Both the position numbers and the translations under genes were made by a program. From positions 1 to 53,573 of the forward strand of contig JACRNI010000033.1 of NCBI GenBank assembly GCA_016234925.1: 53,573 nucleotides of DNA. Reading direction: 5' to 3'. Numbering within the stretch: the first letter of the stretch is position 1; each line of letters starts with the position of its first letter. Below, piece by piece: positions 28,184 through 37,846 of this stretch. This stretch comes from Deltaproteobacteria bacterium (GTDB lineage: Bacteria; Desulfobacterota; GWC2-55-46; UBA9637; GWC2-42-11). The notes beneath the pieces are model-generated. The model was not told the origin of the DNA. It saw nothing but the letters and a program-made list of their open reading frames with translations, and did no database searches.

Positions 28184-28269
28184 ATATTCTGCGCTCTCTG
28201 CTGCATATAATTCCTATGTTGTTTTTTTGGTGGGCGCAGCACATCCTGCTTACTATTCAATTTTTAAGT

Positions 28270-28299
28270 TTGACACCTTTGCAGCCTATTTGATAAGAT
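28270..28299 (+). promoter_or_regulatory. Sigma70-like promoter of vapBC
   Basis: TTGACA-N18-TAAGAT with extended TG. Confidence 0.5.
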
Positions 28300-28327
28300 T
28301 GCCATGTATCTAAACATTGGAGATGAT

Positions 28328-28567
28328 ATGATTACCGTTAAATCAAGCAAAAAAGACCTGATTGCCTTTCCCGAAAACCTCCTGAATAAACTTGGTATAA
28401 AAGAAGGGGAAAAGATTGATGTAAGGGCAAAAAAGGGCTCACTTGTTATCATTAAAGAGGCAGAAGAATTTTTTGCCCTGGAGGGTTCACTTAAAGATGT
28501 TGACATTGAAACCCCCATTAATGAACTTCGCAAGGATTGGGAAAAGTGGAAACCAGAATTATTGTAG
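28328..28567 (+). CDS. AbrB/MazE-like antitoxin
   Basis: IAFPENLLNKLGIKEGEKIDV; overlaps downstream PIN gene. Confidence 0.8.
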   Translation: MITVKSSKKDLIAFPENLLNKLGIKEGEKIDVRAKKGSLVIIKEAEEFFALEGSLKDVDIETPINELRKDWEKWKPELL

Positions 28568-28938
28568 ACACGGACATTATTATTGACTACCTCAAAAAGA
28601 GGCAGCCGGGAGCCGAACTTCTTAAAAAGGCTTATCTCAAATACAGCATCCATGTAACCTCTATAACAGTCTATGAACTTCTTTACGGCGTCCAGAAAAA
28701 CGGCAGAGTAGACCTTATAAACAGGCTTCTCAGATATGTAACTATTATCCCTTTTGATGATGCAGCAGCAAGGAAAGCCGCGGCTATCCATTATGCCCTC
28801 AAAAGCAAAGGGATGGATATTGGAATCAAAGATTCTTTTATCGCAGGTATCTGCGAGGCTCATAACATGTCGCTCCTTACTGGAAATTTAAAGCACTTTA
28901 ATCGCATACCGAGTTTAAAACTCCTTTCATTTGAATAA
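28537..28938 (+). CDS. vapC: VapC PIN-domain toxin
   Basis: IIVDTDIIIDYL, SITVYEL, DSFIAGI, LLTGNLKHF. Confidence 0.9.
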   Translation: MGKVETRIIVDTDIIIDYLKKRQPGAELLKKAYLKYSIHVTSITVYELLYGVQKNGRVDLINRLLRYVTIIPFDDAAARKAAAIHYALKSKGMDIGIKDSFIAGICEAHNMSLLTGNLKHFNRIPSLKLLSFE

Positions 28939-28998
28939 AAAGGGGTTAAAAATTTCGGGCATAAGATGTTTAACTTACCTATCTGTTTTCAATTTTTA

Positions 28999-29101
28999 GT
29001 AGGGGTTTGATTCATCAAACCCGCATATCGGGTCGGATAAATCCGACCCCTACTCCTTATATTCAATTTTCCAAGCGGGTTCAATTTTGCAAATTGAACC
29101 C
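28999..29101. repeat. REP doublet plus hairpin
   Basis: gtaggggtttgattcatcaaaccc..gggtcggataaatccgacccctac; gggttcaattttgcaaattgaaccc. Confidence 0.8.
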
Positions 29102-29168
29102 GAATAGTTTGTATCAAGGTAATCACGAAATTTAGGGAGCAGGTTGCAAAATCTTATCTTTAAATCCG

Positions 29169-30305
29169 TTATCTAAAATATTTCTTTCTTGCGATTTCTG
29201 CCACATATTCGTCAAATTTAATGACTCTGCCTCTTTTTTTCACATCTAGCCACTCTTCAAAGAGTCCATTGAGAACCTTTTTTTTATAATGGTAACGAAA
29301 TACTTCTATTGAGATTATAAATAGGACAGATAAAAAATAAATGAGATATTGGTTCAAAAAATGCCAGAAATTTGCAAAACTAAAACTGTATGGCGGTCCT
29401 ACAAACCTAGAGATCAATACTATAACAAAAACAATAGCACCAGAGTAATCATATAATATATTATTACATTTAGATTTATCCTTCACAATTTTTTTAAGTT
29501 TATCATCCCCAAATTTAGGGTATGAATCAGATTGACTTATTTGCTGCGCTAGAAAGACATTTTTATAATAGTGCCAAAAAGCCCTTTCTGGCAGTGAAAA
29601 TGGGTACACTAATAATAGCAATATCCAAACAAGTGAATTTAACATTGCATTATAAAAATAAGGTTGTGTATATGGTGTAATGCCATTATTTAATATCTCT
29701 GTTAATATCGCATTATTATTGGTTTTCCAAATACTGTGCCTTGAAAGTTCAAAAAATATGTAAAAATAAAAGAACAAAACAACAAAAAATAAAAAATTAA
29801 AGAATGCCCATGCTATTCCACTATCTTTCTCTCCTCCTGAAAAATTAGGTCTACTTTTATTAGTATCATCAGTATCTCCTACAGGTAACAATAAGTAGTG
29901 CTTTATTTCTGGCAAGACATCGCAAAGTATTTTACGAAGGTGTTGTATAGACTTCCAATATCTTATCTTGTGATTTTTAGACTTACTATATTGTCGTTGT
30001 CCCATGTGTAGTAAAAAATACACAAAAATAGATATAAATATGCCGAATCCACCGTATAGTAACCCTACAATGCTTTCAGGATGGGCTAGAACAAGTTTTA
30101 ATCCTAAAATAGTATAAGCAATATATGAAGACAATATTGTTAAAAATACTTTTATGTAAGAAGATATTTTATCATTGATAAATCTAATTTCAGCGAATAA
30201 TTGATTATATTCATTGATTAGATAGTTCGTGGGGAAAGTCCCCTTATATTCTTTATATGGACTTAATCCTTTTTTGATTCCTTTTGTAATTTTATTCTCA
30301 TCCAT
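29169..30305 (-). CDS. Hypothetical multi-pass membrane protein (very AT-rich) with PRMT-derived C-terminal residues
   Basis: 378 aa, about 6 hydrophobic segments; 29199-29218 identical to 27841-27860. Confidence 0.6.
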   Translation of the reverse strand: MDENKITKGIKKGLSPYKEYKGTFPTNYLINEYNQLFAEIRFINDKISSYIKVFLTILSSYIAYTILGLKLVLAHPESIVGLLYGGFGIFISIFVYFLLHMGQRQYSKSKNHKIRYWKSIQHLRKILCDVLPEIKHYLLLPVGDTDDTNKSRPNFSGGEKDSGIAWAFFNFLFFVVLFFYFYIFFELSRHSIWKTNNNAILTEILNNGITPYTQPYFYNAMLNSLVWILLLLVYPFSLPERAFWHYYKNVFLAQQISQSDSYPKFGDDKLKKIVKDKSKCNNILYDYSGAIVFVIVLISRFVGPPYSFSFANFWHFLNQYLIYFLSVLFIISIEVFRYHYKKKVLNGLFEEWLDVKKRGRVIKFDEYVAEIARKKYFR

Positions 30306-30313
30306 TTTAATCT

Positions 30314-31399
30314 CTAGTATTTATCCCATGATAAAAATAACCCTTTAAACCTCTCAAAAAACCAAGATAGATTAGGTTTATGCCTGCGTTTTATTTTTGA
30401 ATCAACAAATCCTTGAGCGATGAAGTCCAAGGCGATTGTGGCATCGCAAAAAACCTGATCATTATATCCGCTGCTCACCTCTTTGCCCCAAGAAATCGGC
30501 TCGGTCATAACTCCGCAGCCGGACAATCCTCCCCATTGCGGAGAATCGGTTGTAATTTGAAAGGCGTATTTAAAAGGATAAACCTTTTCGCTCCAATCTT
30601 TTAATGCCTGAGATACGGCAACGAGTTGGATGAAATCCTTTGGCACTCCTCCGCCGATGTAGCCCGCTGATTTTTCATATTTGTTTTTTCTGCCCCATTC
30701 CGCTATTTCCAGAATTTCTTCTTGGTCAAAAAACTGCTCTATAATAAGATTGCGTTTTGTTCTTGAATCTCCATTAAACGCCCTGATATACGCTTCACCG
30801 AAACCGCTGTCAACCAATGCCGGAGAAAACACCGGAACTTTGTGATGAGCCGCGTATGTCAGAATGCTCCAGATGTTTTTCTTTTTAAGCCATAGCCCAA
30901 ATTGATAAAGAAATTGCGAAGTGGAAAATACGGTCGGTTCTTTGAGTTTAGCGTTTAATTCCCTGAAAAACGCGGCAATGAGGTCTTCTAATTTTCTATA
31001 ATCGTATTCGTCCGCCGCATGGTCGTAAAACCTGTCCAGTTTTTGCTTTAATAATTTTTTATCGTCAACAAACCACGGGTCAACTTTGTAATATTTATGC
31101 CCCATTGCCTCGTAAATATCTTCTGATATATTCGCGCCAGTGCTTACTAAAACATCAATAAAGCGGTTTTTTATAAGATAACAGACAAGCGGCCAATATC
31201 CGGCGCTGGAAAGCGAGCCGCTCAATCCCAGAAAAATCATATTGCGGGGCGATAGAATCATCTCTCTCCAAACTTCATAGACTTCTCCCAAAGCCCTTGA
31301 TTGAAAAGACTGATTTTTTATTTCCAGAAGTTTTTTATGGAAATCTTTTTTGGAGATTTCTATGGGCTGACGAATGTTGTTTTTGATGTTGTTTTCCAT
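30314..31399 (-). CDS. Deoxyhypusine synthase-like (DHS / homospermidine-forming) protein
   Basis: FLGLSGSL, LVSTGAN, PALVDSGFG, IGGGVPKDF, WGGLSG....EPISWGK, DATIA; start MENNIK (ORF extension is repeat-derived). Confidence 0.9.
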   Translation of the reverse strand: MENNIKNNIRQPIEISKKDFHKKLLEIKNQSFQSRALGEVYEVWREMILSPRNMIFLGLSGSLSSAGYWPLVCYLIKNRFIDVLVSTGANISEDIYEAMGHKYYKVDPWFVDDKKLLKQKLDRFYDHAADEYDYRKLEDLIAAFFRELNAKLKEPTVFSTSQFLYQFGLWLKKKNIWSILTYAAHHKVPVFSPALVDSGFGEAYIRAFNGDSRTKRNLIIEQFFDQEEILEIAEWGRKNKYEKSAGYIGGGVPKDFIQLVAVSQALKDWSEKVYPFKYAFQITTDSPQWGGLSGCGVMTEPISWGKEVSSGYNDQVFCDATIALDFIAQGFVDSKIKRRHKPNLSWFFERFKGLFLSWDKY

Positions 31400-31422
31400 A
31401 TTGAACCTGAAAATACCTTCTT

Positions 31423-31622
31423 TTAATCCCCCTGTATCCCCCTTTAGAAAAGGGGGGAAAGTTTTGTCCCCCTCTTTCATAAAGAGGGGTTAGGGGAGAT
31501 TATTTTCATGCCCCTTTGTGAGACAAGGCTCGTGAGGGTTTGTCCCGAAAATGCCCCATATGTCCTGTAGGGGCTTGATTTATCAAGCCTGCTTATTCGG
31601 GTGTCATAAATGCCACCCCTAC
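31423..31622. repeat. Mosaic of three repeat families
   Basis: CCCCCTTT..AAAGGGGG doublet 31423-31502 (inverted relative inside queA), 50-bp element 31502-31552, REP doublet 31567-31622. Confidence 0.8.
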
Positions 31623-31653
31623 ATTATTTTAGATGTTTTGGTATTTATCCTAA

Positions 31654-31995
31654 TCATGCAAACCTTGAAAGTAAGATTATTGATGTTATTGCCATGATGA
31701 CCCCGGCAACTTCATAATGGTTTAAGGTTTCATTAAACACAAAGACGCCAAGGAGTGTTAAAAGTATGACTGTAGTAAGGGAATAAACGACTGCAATGGT
31801 AGCCAGTTTTAGATACTTCATAATATATACCCATGGAAATACAGTTAAAGAATAAACCAATAAGGCTATTAAAAACTCTTTGTTTTTAACAGGCTTATCG
31901 TGAAGACTTGCAACCTTGAGAAAATAGTCTGCGATTATGGTTGGAAAGGCTTCAATGATAATTATTGCTGCAATCGCTAGTATTGGTCTGGTCAT
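31654..31995 (-). CDS. SMR/DMT-family small membrane transporter
   Basis: 113 aa, 4 TM segments, acidic residue in TM1, LATIAVVYS..LGVFVFNE.L. Confidence 0.75.
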   Translation of the reverse strand: MTRPILAIAAIIIIEAFPTIIADYFLKVASLHDKPVKNKEFLIALLVYSLTVFPWVYIMKYLKLATIAVVYSLTTVILLTLLGVFVFNETLNHYEVAGVIMAITSIILLSRFA

Positions 31996-32035
31996 AAGAG
32001 ATAATAAGTGTCAGTGTTTAGTGTTTGCGTCAGAA

Positions 32036-32093
32036 GTAGCCGCGGACATTTATGTCCGCAATTAAAAAATCCGACCTCAAGGTCGGCAACTAC
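32036..32093. repeat. REP doublet preceded by heptamer-like repeats
   Basis: gtagccgcggacatttatgtccgc..ccgacctcaaggtcggcaactac. Confidence 0.7.
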
Positions 32094-32103
32094 AGCATTT
32101 GCA

Positions 32104-32529
32104 TCAACATACATTCTTTGTCGGATACCTTGTGCCCCGTTTAATGAAGTTTGTTTCTACATCTTTAAGTTCAAACCTTTTCTTGAAATAACTTATTATA
32201 AAGTCAATACCCATATTGTCCTTGCATGTATAAATATCTGCGCTCAAAAAACCTCTGCACGGAAATGTGTGGATGCTTATATGGCTCTCTGCAATCACAA
32301 CAAACCCGCTCCATCCACCGCAGTCTTTGATAGAGTTATCTGGCGCATAATATACATGGGGCTTGCAGAGTTTTTTCATGCCAAGTAATTCTGGTAATTC
32401 ATTCAGGCACTTAACAACCAGCCTCTTGTTGTTCAGTTTTTCAAAACTGCCTTTATATCCGTCTATGCACAGATGTTCGCCAAAGGTGGATGAAGGGGTG
32501 TATGCGGTTTTCGGCTTTTTTACTTTCAT
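32104..32529 (-). CDS. speD: Pyruvoyl-dependent S-adenosylmethionine decarboxylase family proenzyme (SpeD/SpeH-like)
   Basis: FGEHLCIDGY, GGWSGFVVIAESHISIHTFP (ES cleavage site), DIYTC, RG; substrate not certain. Confidence 0.85.
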   Translation of the reverse strand: MKVKKPKTAYTPSSTFGEHLCIDGYKGSFEKLNNKRLVVKCLNELPELLGMKKLCKPHVYYAPDNSIKDCGGWSGFVVIAESHISIHTFPCRGFLSADIYTCKDNMGIDFIISYFKKRFELKDVETNFIKRGTRYPTKNVC

Positions 32530-32662
32530 GTCAGTTGTATCAATTAGATGATTGCAAAATTTCCCAAAGATTACAAGTTTCAATAGAATTTGTCAATAAC
32601 TTTCGCCTCTTGATTTGTAGATATTTAGAACCTGCGGTTGTATGATTTGCCAAAGAGGTATT

Positions 32663-33067
32663 ATGGATATGGCTAATCGGGAAAATAAGGAGATTGGTTT
32701 AAGGATTAAAAAGGTGAGGACAGCGCTCGGTATTTCTCAGATGAAATTGGCAGATGCGGTTGGCGTATCATTTCAACAGATACAGAAATACGAGAGCGGC
32801 GCAAACAAGGTGTCAATTGAAAAACTTAAAAGGATCGCAGCGATTTTGAATGCACCCCTCTTATATTTAATTGGGGTAGAGAAGAAGCGAGGTAAAGAGG
32901 ATATTATAGCGGAAAAAGGCGCAAGATATGGTCAGATTGGGCTAGAAGACTTGTCAGCAGAGGAAATACACTTGTTGCTACAGTTTCGTTCAATTAAGAA
33001 TGATAGTGCAAAAGAAGGAATTGTTTTGTTATTAAAGGGGTTGGAGCAGAGTGAAAAGCGTAAATAA
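32663..33067 (+). CDS. XRE-family HTH regulator
   Basis: IGLRIKKVR...GISQ.KLA..VGVSFQQIQKYESG.N; divergent from speD; start uncertain. Confidence 0.85.
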   Translation: MDMANRENKEIGLRIKKVRTALGISQMKLADAVGVSFQQIQKYESGANKVSIEKLKRIAAILNAPLLYLIGVEKKRGKEDIIAEKGARYGQIGLEDLSAEEIHLLLQFRSIKNDSAKEGIVLLLKGLEQSEKRK

Positions 33068-33075
33068 ATTTAACA

Positions 33076-35307
33076 TCACCCTTCTCTCTTATATCCGCAC
33101 CCTTCATTCGGGCATTTGATTGCATTGCCTTCTTTAGAATGTTTCTCAATAAGGATTTTAAAGCCGCATTCAGGGCATTTTTCATTTATTGGCTTATCCC
33201 ACAGCGCATATTTGCATTTAGGATAGTTTGAGCAGCTGTAAAAGATTTTCCTTTTCTTTGACTGCCTTTCAACCATATTGCCGTCGCAGCCTTCTTGAGG
33301 ACATTTTACGCCAATGGACAACGGCTTTGCAGTCTTGCACTGCGGATAGTCTGAACATGCCAGAAACCTGCCAAACCTGCCTGTTTTAACAAGCATTGAC
33401 TTTCCGCAGTTAGGGCATTTTTCTCCTGTATCTTCCTGCACAATCTCAACTACACTAACCTTGCCGTTTTCATCTGTAGAAAATTCCTTTGTGTTTTTAC
33501 ATTCAGGATAAGCGGGGCACGCAAGGAATTTGCCGTTCCTGCCCCATTTTATATTCATGAACTTTCCGCACTTATCGCACTGTATATCAGTTGGAATTTC
33601 CTGCTTCTTGACATCCTTCATCTCAACCTTTGCCTTTTCTAAACTCTGTTTAAAAGGGGCGTAAAATCCCCTCATTGCGTCAAGCCATTTGAGTTTTCCA
33701 TCCTCTATCTTGTCAAGGTCTTCTTCCATATGCGCTGTAAATTCCACATTTAAAATATCAGGGAAACTCTTTACAAGAAGGTCTGTAACCATAAAACCAA
33801 GTTCAGTCGGGATAAACTGGTTTTTTTCTTTTACAGCATATTCCCTGTCCTGAATAGTTGAAATGATCGCGGCATAGGTCGACGGTCTGCCAATGCCGTT
33901 TTCCTCAAGTTCCTTTACAAGCGTGGCCTCTGTAAACCTTGGCTGAGGCTGTGTAAAGTGCTGCTTTGGCAAAAGGTTTAAGAGTTTCAAAACATCTCCT
34001 TTTGCAAGAGAAGGAAGCGCTGCCTCTTCTTCTTCTTCATCCCTTGCCTCTGCATATACTGCTGTGAAACCTGCAAATTTAACAATAGAGCCGTTTGCCT
34101 GAAACAGATATTTTCCAGCATCTATCAAAACCGCTGTCTGGTCAAGGATTTGAGGCATCATCTGGCTTGCAACAAATCTATTCCAGATGAGTTGATAAAG
34201 CGCGAAATGGTCTTTTGAAAGGAATTTTTTTACTGCCTCAGGCGGATGTTGAAAATATGTGGGTCTTATTGCCTCGTGCGCATCTTGAGCGCCTTTTTTG
34301 CTTTGATAGGCATTTGGTTTTGCAGGCAGATATGCGCTGCTGAATCTTTCTTGAATATATGCCCTTGCATCCCTGACTGCATCAGATGAGACCCTTGTTG
34401 AATCTGTTCTCATATATGTTATAAGCCCGACAGAGCCTTTTTCGCCGAGTGGGATGCCTTCATACAACTGCTGCGCAATCATCATTGTCTTTTTTGCTGT
34501 AAAACCCAATTTCCTTGCCGCATCCTGCTGGAGTTTGCTTGTTATAAAAGGCGGCAAAGGATTTCTCTTTCTTTCTTTTTTTTCAACATCCCTTACTGCA
34601 AAATCTTTTCCCTCAACCTCTTTTAATATTTTATTTGCATCCTGCTCATTTTTTATCTCTAATTTCTTGTCATCTTTTTTGGTTAACTTTGCCTTAAAAC
34701 CTGTGCCTGTCTTTTCAAGTTCCGCTGTTATGCTCCAGTATTCCTGCGGCACAAATGCCTTGATTTCCCTTTCCCTCTCGCATATAAGTCTTACAGCAAC
34801 AGACTGAACCCTGCCGGCGCTTAAGCCATATCTCACCTTTTTCCAAAGGATCGGGCTTATCTCGTAGCCGACCAATCTATCAAGGATGCGTCTTGCCTGC
34901 TGCGCCTCAAACTTGCTCCTGTCAAGCCTTGAGGGCGATTTTATTGCCTCAATAACGCCCTTTTCAGTTATTTCGTTAAATAGAACCCGATATATATTAT
35001 CTTTTTTTCCGTCGACCTCTTCTGCAATATGCCATGCAATCGCCTCGCCCTCCCTGTCAGGGTCAGGCGCAAGATATATTTTATCAGCAGACTTGGCAGC
35101 CTTTTTAAGTTCAGCAATCACCTTTGTCTTGCCCTTGATTGTTTCATAATGCGGGGCAAAATCATTTTCTACATCAACGCCGAGTTTGCTCTTTGGCAAA
35201 TCCTTTACATGGCCTATAGACGCCTTGACAGTAAAATCCTTTCCCAGAAACTTATTTATTGTCTTTGCCTTTGCAGGCGATTCAACTATTACCAATGATT
35301 TTGGCAT
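33076..35307 (-). CDS. topA: DNA topoisomerase I
   Basis: IVESPAKAKTI, DPDREGE, SAGRVQS, ITYMRTDS, C-terminal Zn ribbons. Confidence 0.98.
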   Translation of the reverse strand: MPKSLVIVESPAKAKTINKFLGKDFTVKASIGHVKDLPKSKLGVDVENDFAPHYETIKGKTKVIAELKKAAKSADKIYLAPDPDREGEAIAWHIAEEVDGKKDNIYRVLFNEITEKGVIEAIKSPSRLDRSKFEAQQARRILDRLVGYEISPILWKKVRYGLSAGRVQSVAVRLICEREREIKAFVPQEYWSITAELEKTGTGFKAKLTKKDDKKLEIKNEQDANKILKEVEGKDFAVRDVEKKERKRNPLPPFITSKLQQDAARKLGFTAKKTMMIAQQLYEGIPLGEKGSVGLITYMRTDSTRVSSDAVRDARAYIQERFSSAYLPAKPNAYQSKKGAQDAHEAIRPTYFQHPPEAVKKFLSKDHFALYQLIWNRFVASQMMPQILDQTAVLIDAGKYLFQANGSIVKFAGFTAVYAEARDEEEEEAALPSLAKGDVLKLLNLLPKQHFTQPQPRFTEATLVKELEENGIGRPSTYAAIISTIQDREYAVKEKNQFIPTELGFMVTDLLVKSFPDILNVEFTAHMEEDLDKIEDGKLKWLDAMRGFYAPFKQSLEKAKVEMKDVKKQEIPTDIQCDKCGKFMNIKWGRNGKFLACPAYPECKNTKEFSTDENGKVSVVEIVQEDTGEKCPNCGKSMLVKTGRFGRFLACSDYPQCKTAKPLSIGVKCPQEGCDGNMVERQSKKRKIFYSCSNYPKCKYALWDKPINEKCPECGFKILIEKHSKEGNAIKCPNEGCGYKREG

Positions 35308-35326
35308 ATAACCCCTTTACCTTATA

Positions 35327-35386
35327 AAATTCCAAATCTCAAATTTCAAATTACAAATAAATTCCAATTGCCAAAACTCCAATGAC
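35327..35386. repeat. Degenerate heptamer array without gene
   Basis: aaattcc aaatctc aaatttc aaattac aaat aaattcc aattgcc aaaactcc aatgac; same style as flanks of 430-810. Confidence 0.7.
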
Positions 35387-35411
35387 AGAAAGAACTTGAA
35401 ATTTACTGCCT

Positions 35412-35867
35412 TTAATGGCTCATCTCTTTCCAGTCTTCTTCTATAATCTTTATTGCCTTTTCCTTCCAGTTTTTTTTAGAACTTGCGGAAAGCATCATTG
35501 CGGAGATTACCTTTATATCATCTTTTTTGATTTGCGGTATATCAAGCATAAGCGCCCTTTCTATGATTTCTTCCTGCAGTTTAGAGTCAATAAAACCCAT
35601 CTCCTTTAGTTTCAGCAAAAATCCCTGCGCCTCATTGGAAAATCTTGCCTTTTCAAATGAAGCAAAAACCCTCATAGACTTATCCATCATAACAGCCCCT
35701 TTGTCAATCATCACGGCTTTAATCCATGCAATTGCGGCATTTACCTCTTTAGGCGAATAACCCTGAAGATTAAGCGATGCCTTCCACATCCTTTCATCGC
35801 CTATTTCACCTTCTTCTATTACATATTGGATAAGCACAGCGATAATTTCCCAAATCTTCTTTTGCAT
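35412..35867 (-). CDS. smg: Smg / DUF494 protein
   Basis: GYSPKEVNAAIAW, MRVF...E, GFLLKL..G, EEIIERA; between dprA and topA. Confidence 0.8.
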   Translation of the reverse strand: MQKKIWEIIAVLIQYVIEEGEIGDERMWKASLNLQGYSPKEVNAAIAWIKAVMIDKGAVMMDKSMRVFASFEKARFSNEAQGFLLKLKEMGFIDSKLQEEIIERALMLDIPQIKKDDIKVISAMMLSASSKKNWKEKAIKIIEEDWKEMSH

Positions 35868-35882
35868 CTTGCCTCCTTAAAT

Positions 35883-35963
35883 CAGGTAAAGTAAAAACAG
35901 GAATAGGTAAAGGGTAAAGATTTTTCTCTACCTATACCTCTACCTGTATCTATCCTATACCTG
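35883..35963. repeat. Gene-less copy of the CAGGTA(G/A)AG inverted array
   Basis: caggtaaag/aggtaaag units followed by ctctacctgtat, the exact reverse complement of 5235-5246. Confidence 0.7.
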
Positions 35964-37073
35964 TTTCTTATAAAATATCTTGCCGGGCCCTTGTCCTATA
36001 AAACCCTTTATCTCCATATCCAGAAGGATTGCATTTATCTTTGAGACAGACAGTCCTGTCTCCTGTATTATTGTGTCTATTAAAAGAGGTGAACCCTCTA
36101 AAAGATTCAATATATTTTCTTCTTCTGGCAGTAAATCCCGATTTTCAGCAATATTTTCTTTTCTAACCCCTCTCTGGACAGGGAGTTCATCAAGTATATC
36201 TTCGGTGCATTCTATTAGTTTGGCGCCGTCCTTTATGAGTTTGTTTGTCCCTTTGCTTCTCTCAGATGTTATCGCGCCGGGCAGGGCAAACACATCTCTG
36301 CCGTAATCAAGCGCAAGCCTCGCAGTAATAAGGGAGCCGCTTTTTAAAGACGCCTCCACAACCAAAACGCCGTGCGACAATCCGCTTATTATCCTGTTTC
36401 TCATAGGAAAGTTTTGCGGTATAGGCGGCATACCCATTGGATACTCTGAAATAACCGCGCCATTTTCAGTAATCTCTCCAAATAGTTTCTTATTCTCCTG
36501 CGGATAAATAATATCTATGCCGCAGCCCAAAACAGCAATCGTCCTTCCCTTGCCAGATAATGCGCCTCTATGTGCGGCTGAATCAATGCCCCTTGCAAGA
36601 CCGCTTACAACCGTAAGCCCTGCCTCTGCCAGTTCCCTTGCGAGCCTTTCCGCTGTTGTAATGCCGTAATGGCTCGGCGTCCTTGTGCCAACAACCGCTA
36701 CTGCAAGATTATCTTGCTCAAGGATATTTCCCTTTACATAAAGATATGGAGGGGGGTCGTTGATGGTCAATAGATTTTTTGGAAAGTTATTATCTTTGAT
36801 TGTTACAATTGATACATTATGTTTTTGAATCAGGCTTATCTCTTTTTCTATTTCTTCCCATTCCTTAAATCTCTTTACTGCAAGCGCTGATTCTTTTTTT
36901 AATCCCTCTACTTCCAAAAGTTCTTCAATGGATGCTTTAAATACATTTTCCGGGCTGTGAAACCTATTTATAAGGGATTTATAAACTGCCTTGCCAATCT
37001 TTGGAATGCAGTTCAATCCAAGCCAGTATCTCAAGTCCTTTGGATTTGATATGTGAACTTTGGCATTTGACAT
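35955..37073 (-). CDS. dprA: DNA-processing protein DprA
   Basis: VAVVGTR, VVSGLARGID..AH, FPMRNRIISG, VVEA...SGSLITA. Confidence 0.96.
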   Translation of the reverse strand: MSNAKVHISNPKDLRYWLGLNCIPKIGKAVYKSLINRFHSPENVFKASIEELLEVEGLKKESALAVKRFKEWEEIEKEISLIQKHNVSIVTIKDNNFPKNLLTINDPPPYLYVKGNILEQDNLAVAVVGTRTPSHYGITTAERLARELAEAGLTVVSGLARGIDSAAHRGALSGKGRTIAVLGCGIDIIYPQENKKLFGEITENGAVISEYPMGMPPIPQNFPMRNRIISGLSHGVLVVEASLKSGSLITARLALDYGRDVFALPGAITSERSKGTNKLIKDGAKLIECTEDILDELPVQRGVRKENIAENRDLLPEEENILNLLEGSPLLIDTIIQETGLSVSKINAILLDMEIKGFIGQGPGKIFYKKQV

Positions 37074-37077
37074 TTCC

Positions 37078-37824
37078 CTATTCTGCTGTCATTACCCAAT
37101 CGCCGGCCACTATAGATTCTATGCTCTGAGTAATTATGGCTGAAGATGTATCATCCTGCGCATTGATTATAATAACCCTTCCTATCTCCTTTTCAGGAAG
37201 AGGAACATCCTTTTCTGTGACAGGATGAGACGCATCTTTTCTTGGCCTAAAAACACTCAATACATTGCCGGCATCAATGCCGTGCTTTTTGCCCTTATCT
37301 ATATAGACTATATCGCCTTTTGCAGAATCAACCCTCTTTTCAAGCCCTGTAATGACAACGCCGTAAACGATTTTCCCTGCCTTTTTTATTTCAACCTCTG
37401 TTATTGGCGGCTCAAAGGATTTCAGTCTGTCTCCTACATTTATCTCCTTATATGTCTTGTTAATCCTTCCAACAGCAGCATCTCGTCTTATCTCAATAAC
37501 TTCAAGACTTCCCAGAATGTCAATTATAACCCCTGCCTTCTTGTCAGTTACAGGGTGTTTTATCTCATCAACCACTCTGAATACATTAAATCTGTCGCCT
37601 ATCTTTGCCGTTACATCGCGAAATAAAACAAACACGACATCGCCCTTGTTAAAAATCGTTTTATCATCTGCGCCCTTAACAATAATGCCTGTGTTTAAGG
37701 CATCATTTGACGATAAAAAACCGCCTCTCTGGAGCATGGTTGATGTTATCTTTTCAGCAGAATCCGCTCTGTTAAACAAAACCAATAAAAAAAATATTGC
37801 CAGTAAAAATTTTGTTTTGTTCAT
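37078..37824 (-). CDS. Exported beta-rich protein resembling the C-terminal part of dprA-adjacent LysM proteins (no LysM evident)
   Basis: Signal peptide; two repeats of GD.V.I....G..GD....R....HP.T; position upstream of dprA. Confidence 0.6.
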   Translation of the reverse strand: MNKTKFLLAIFFLLVLFNRADSAEKITSTMLQRGGFLSSNDALNTGIIVKGADDKTIFNKGDVVFVLFRDVTAKIGDRFNVFRVVDEIKHPVTDKKAGVIIDILGSLEVIEIRRDAAVGRINKTYKEINVGDRLKSFEPPITEVEIKKAGKIVYGVVITGLEKRVDSAKGDIVYIDKGKKHGIDAGNVLSVFRPRKDASHPVTEKDVPLPEKEIGRVIIINAQDDTSSAIITQSIESIVAGDWVMTAE

Positions 37825-37846
37825 AGTATCTCCTTTTACTTTTTAA

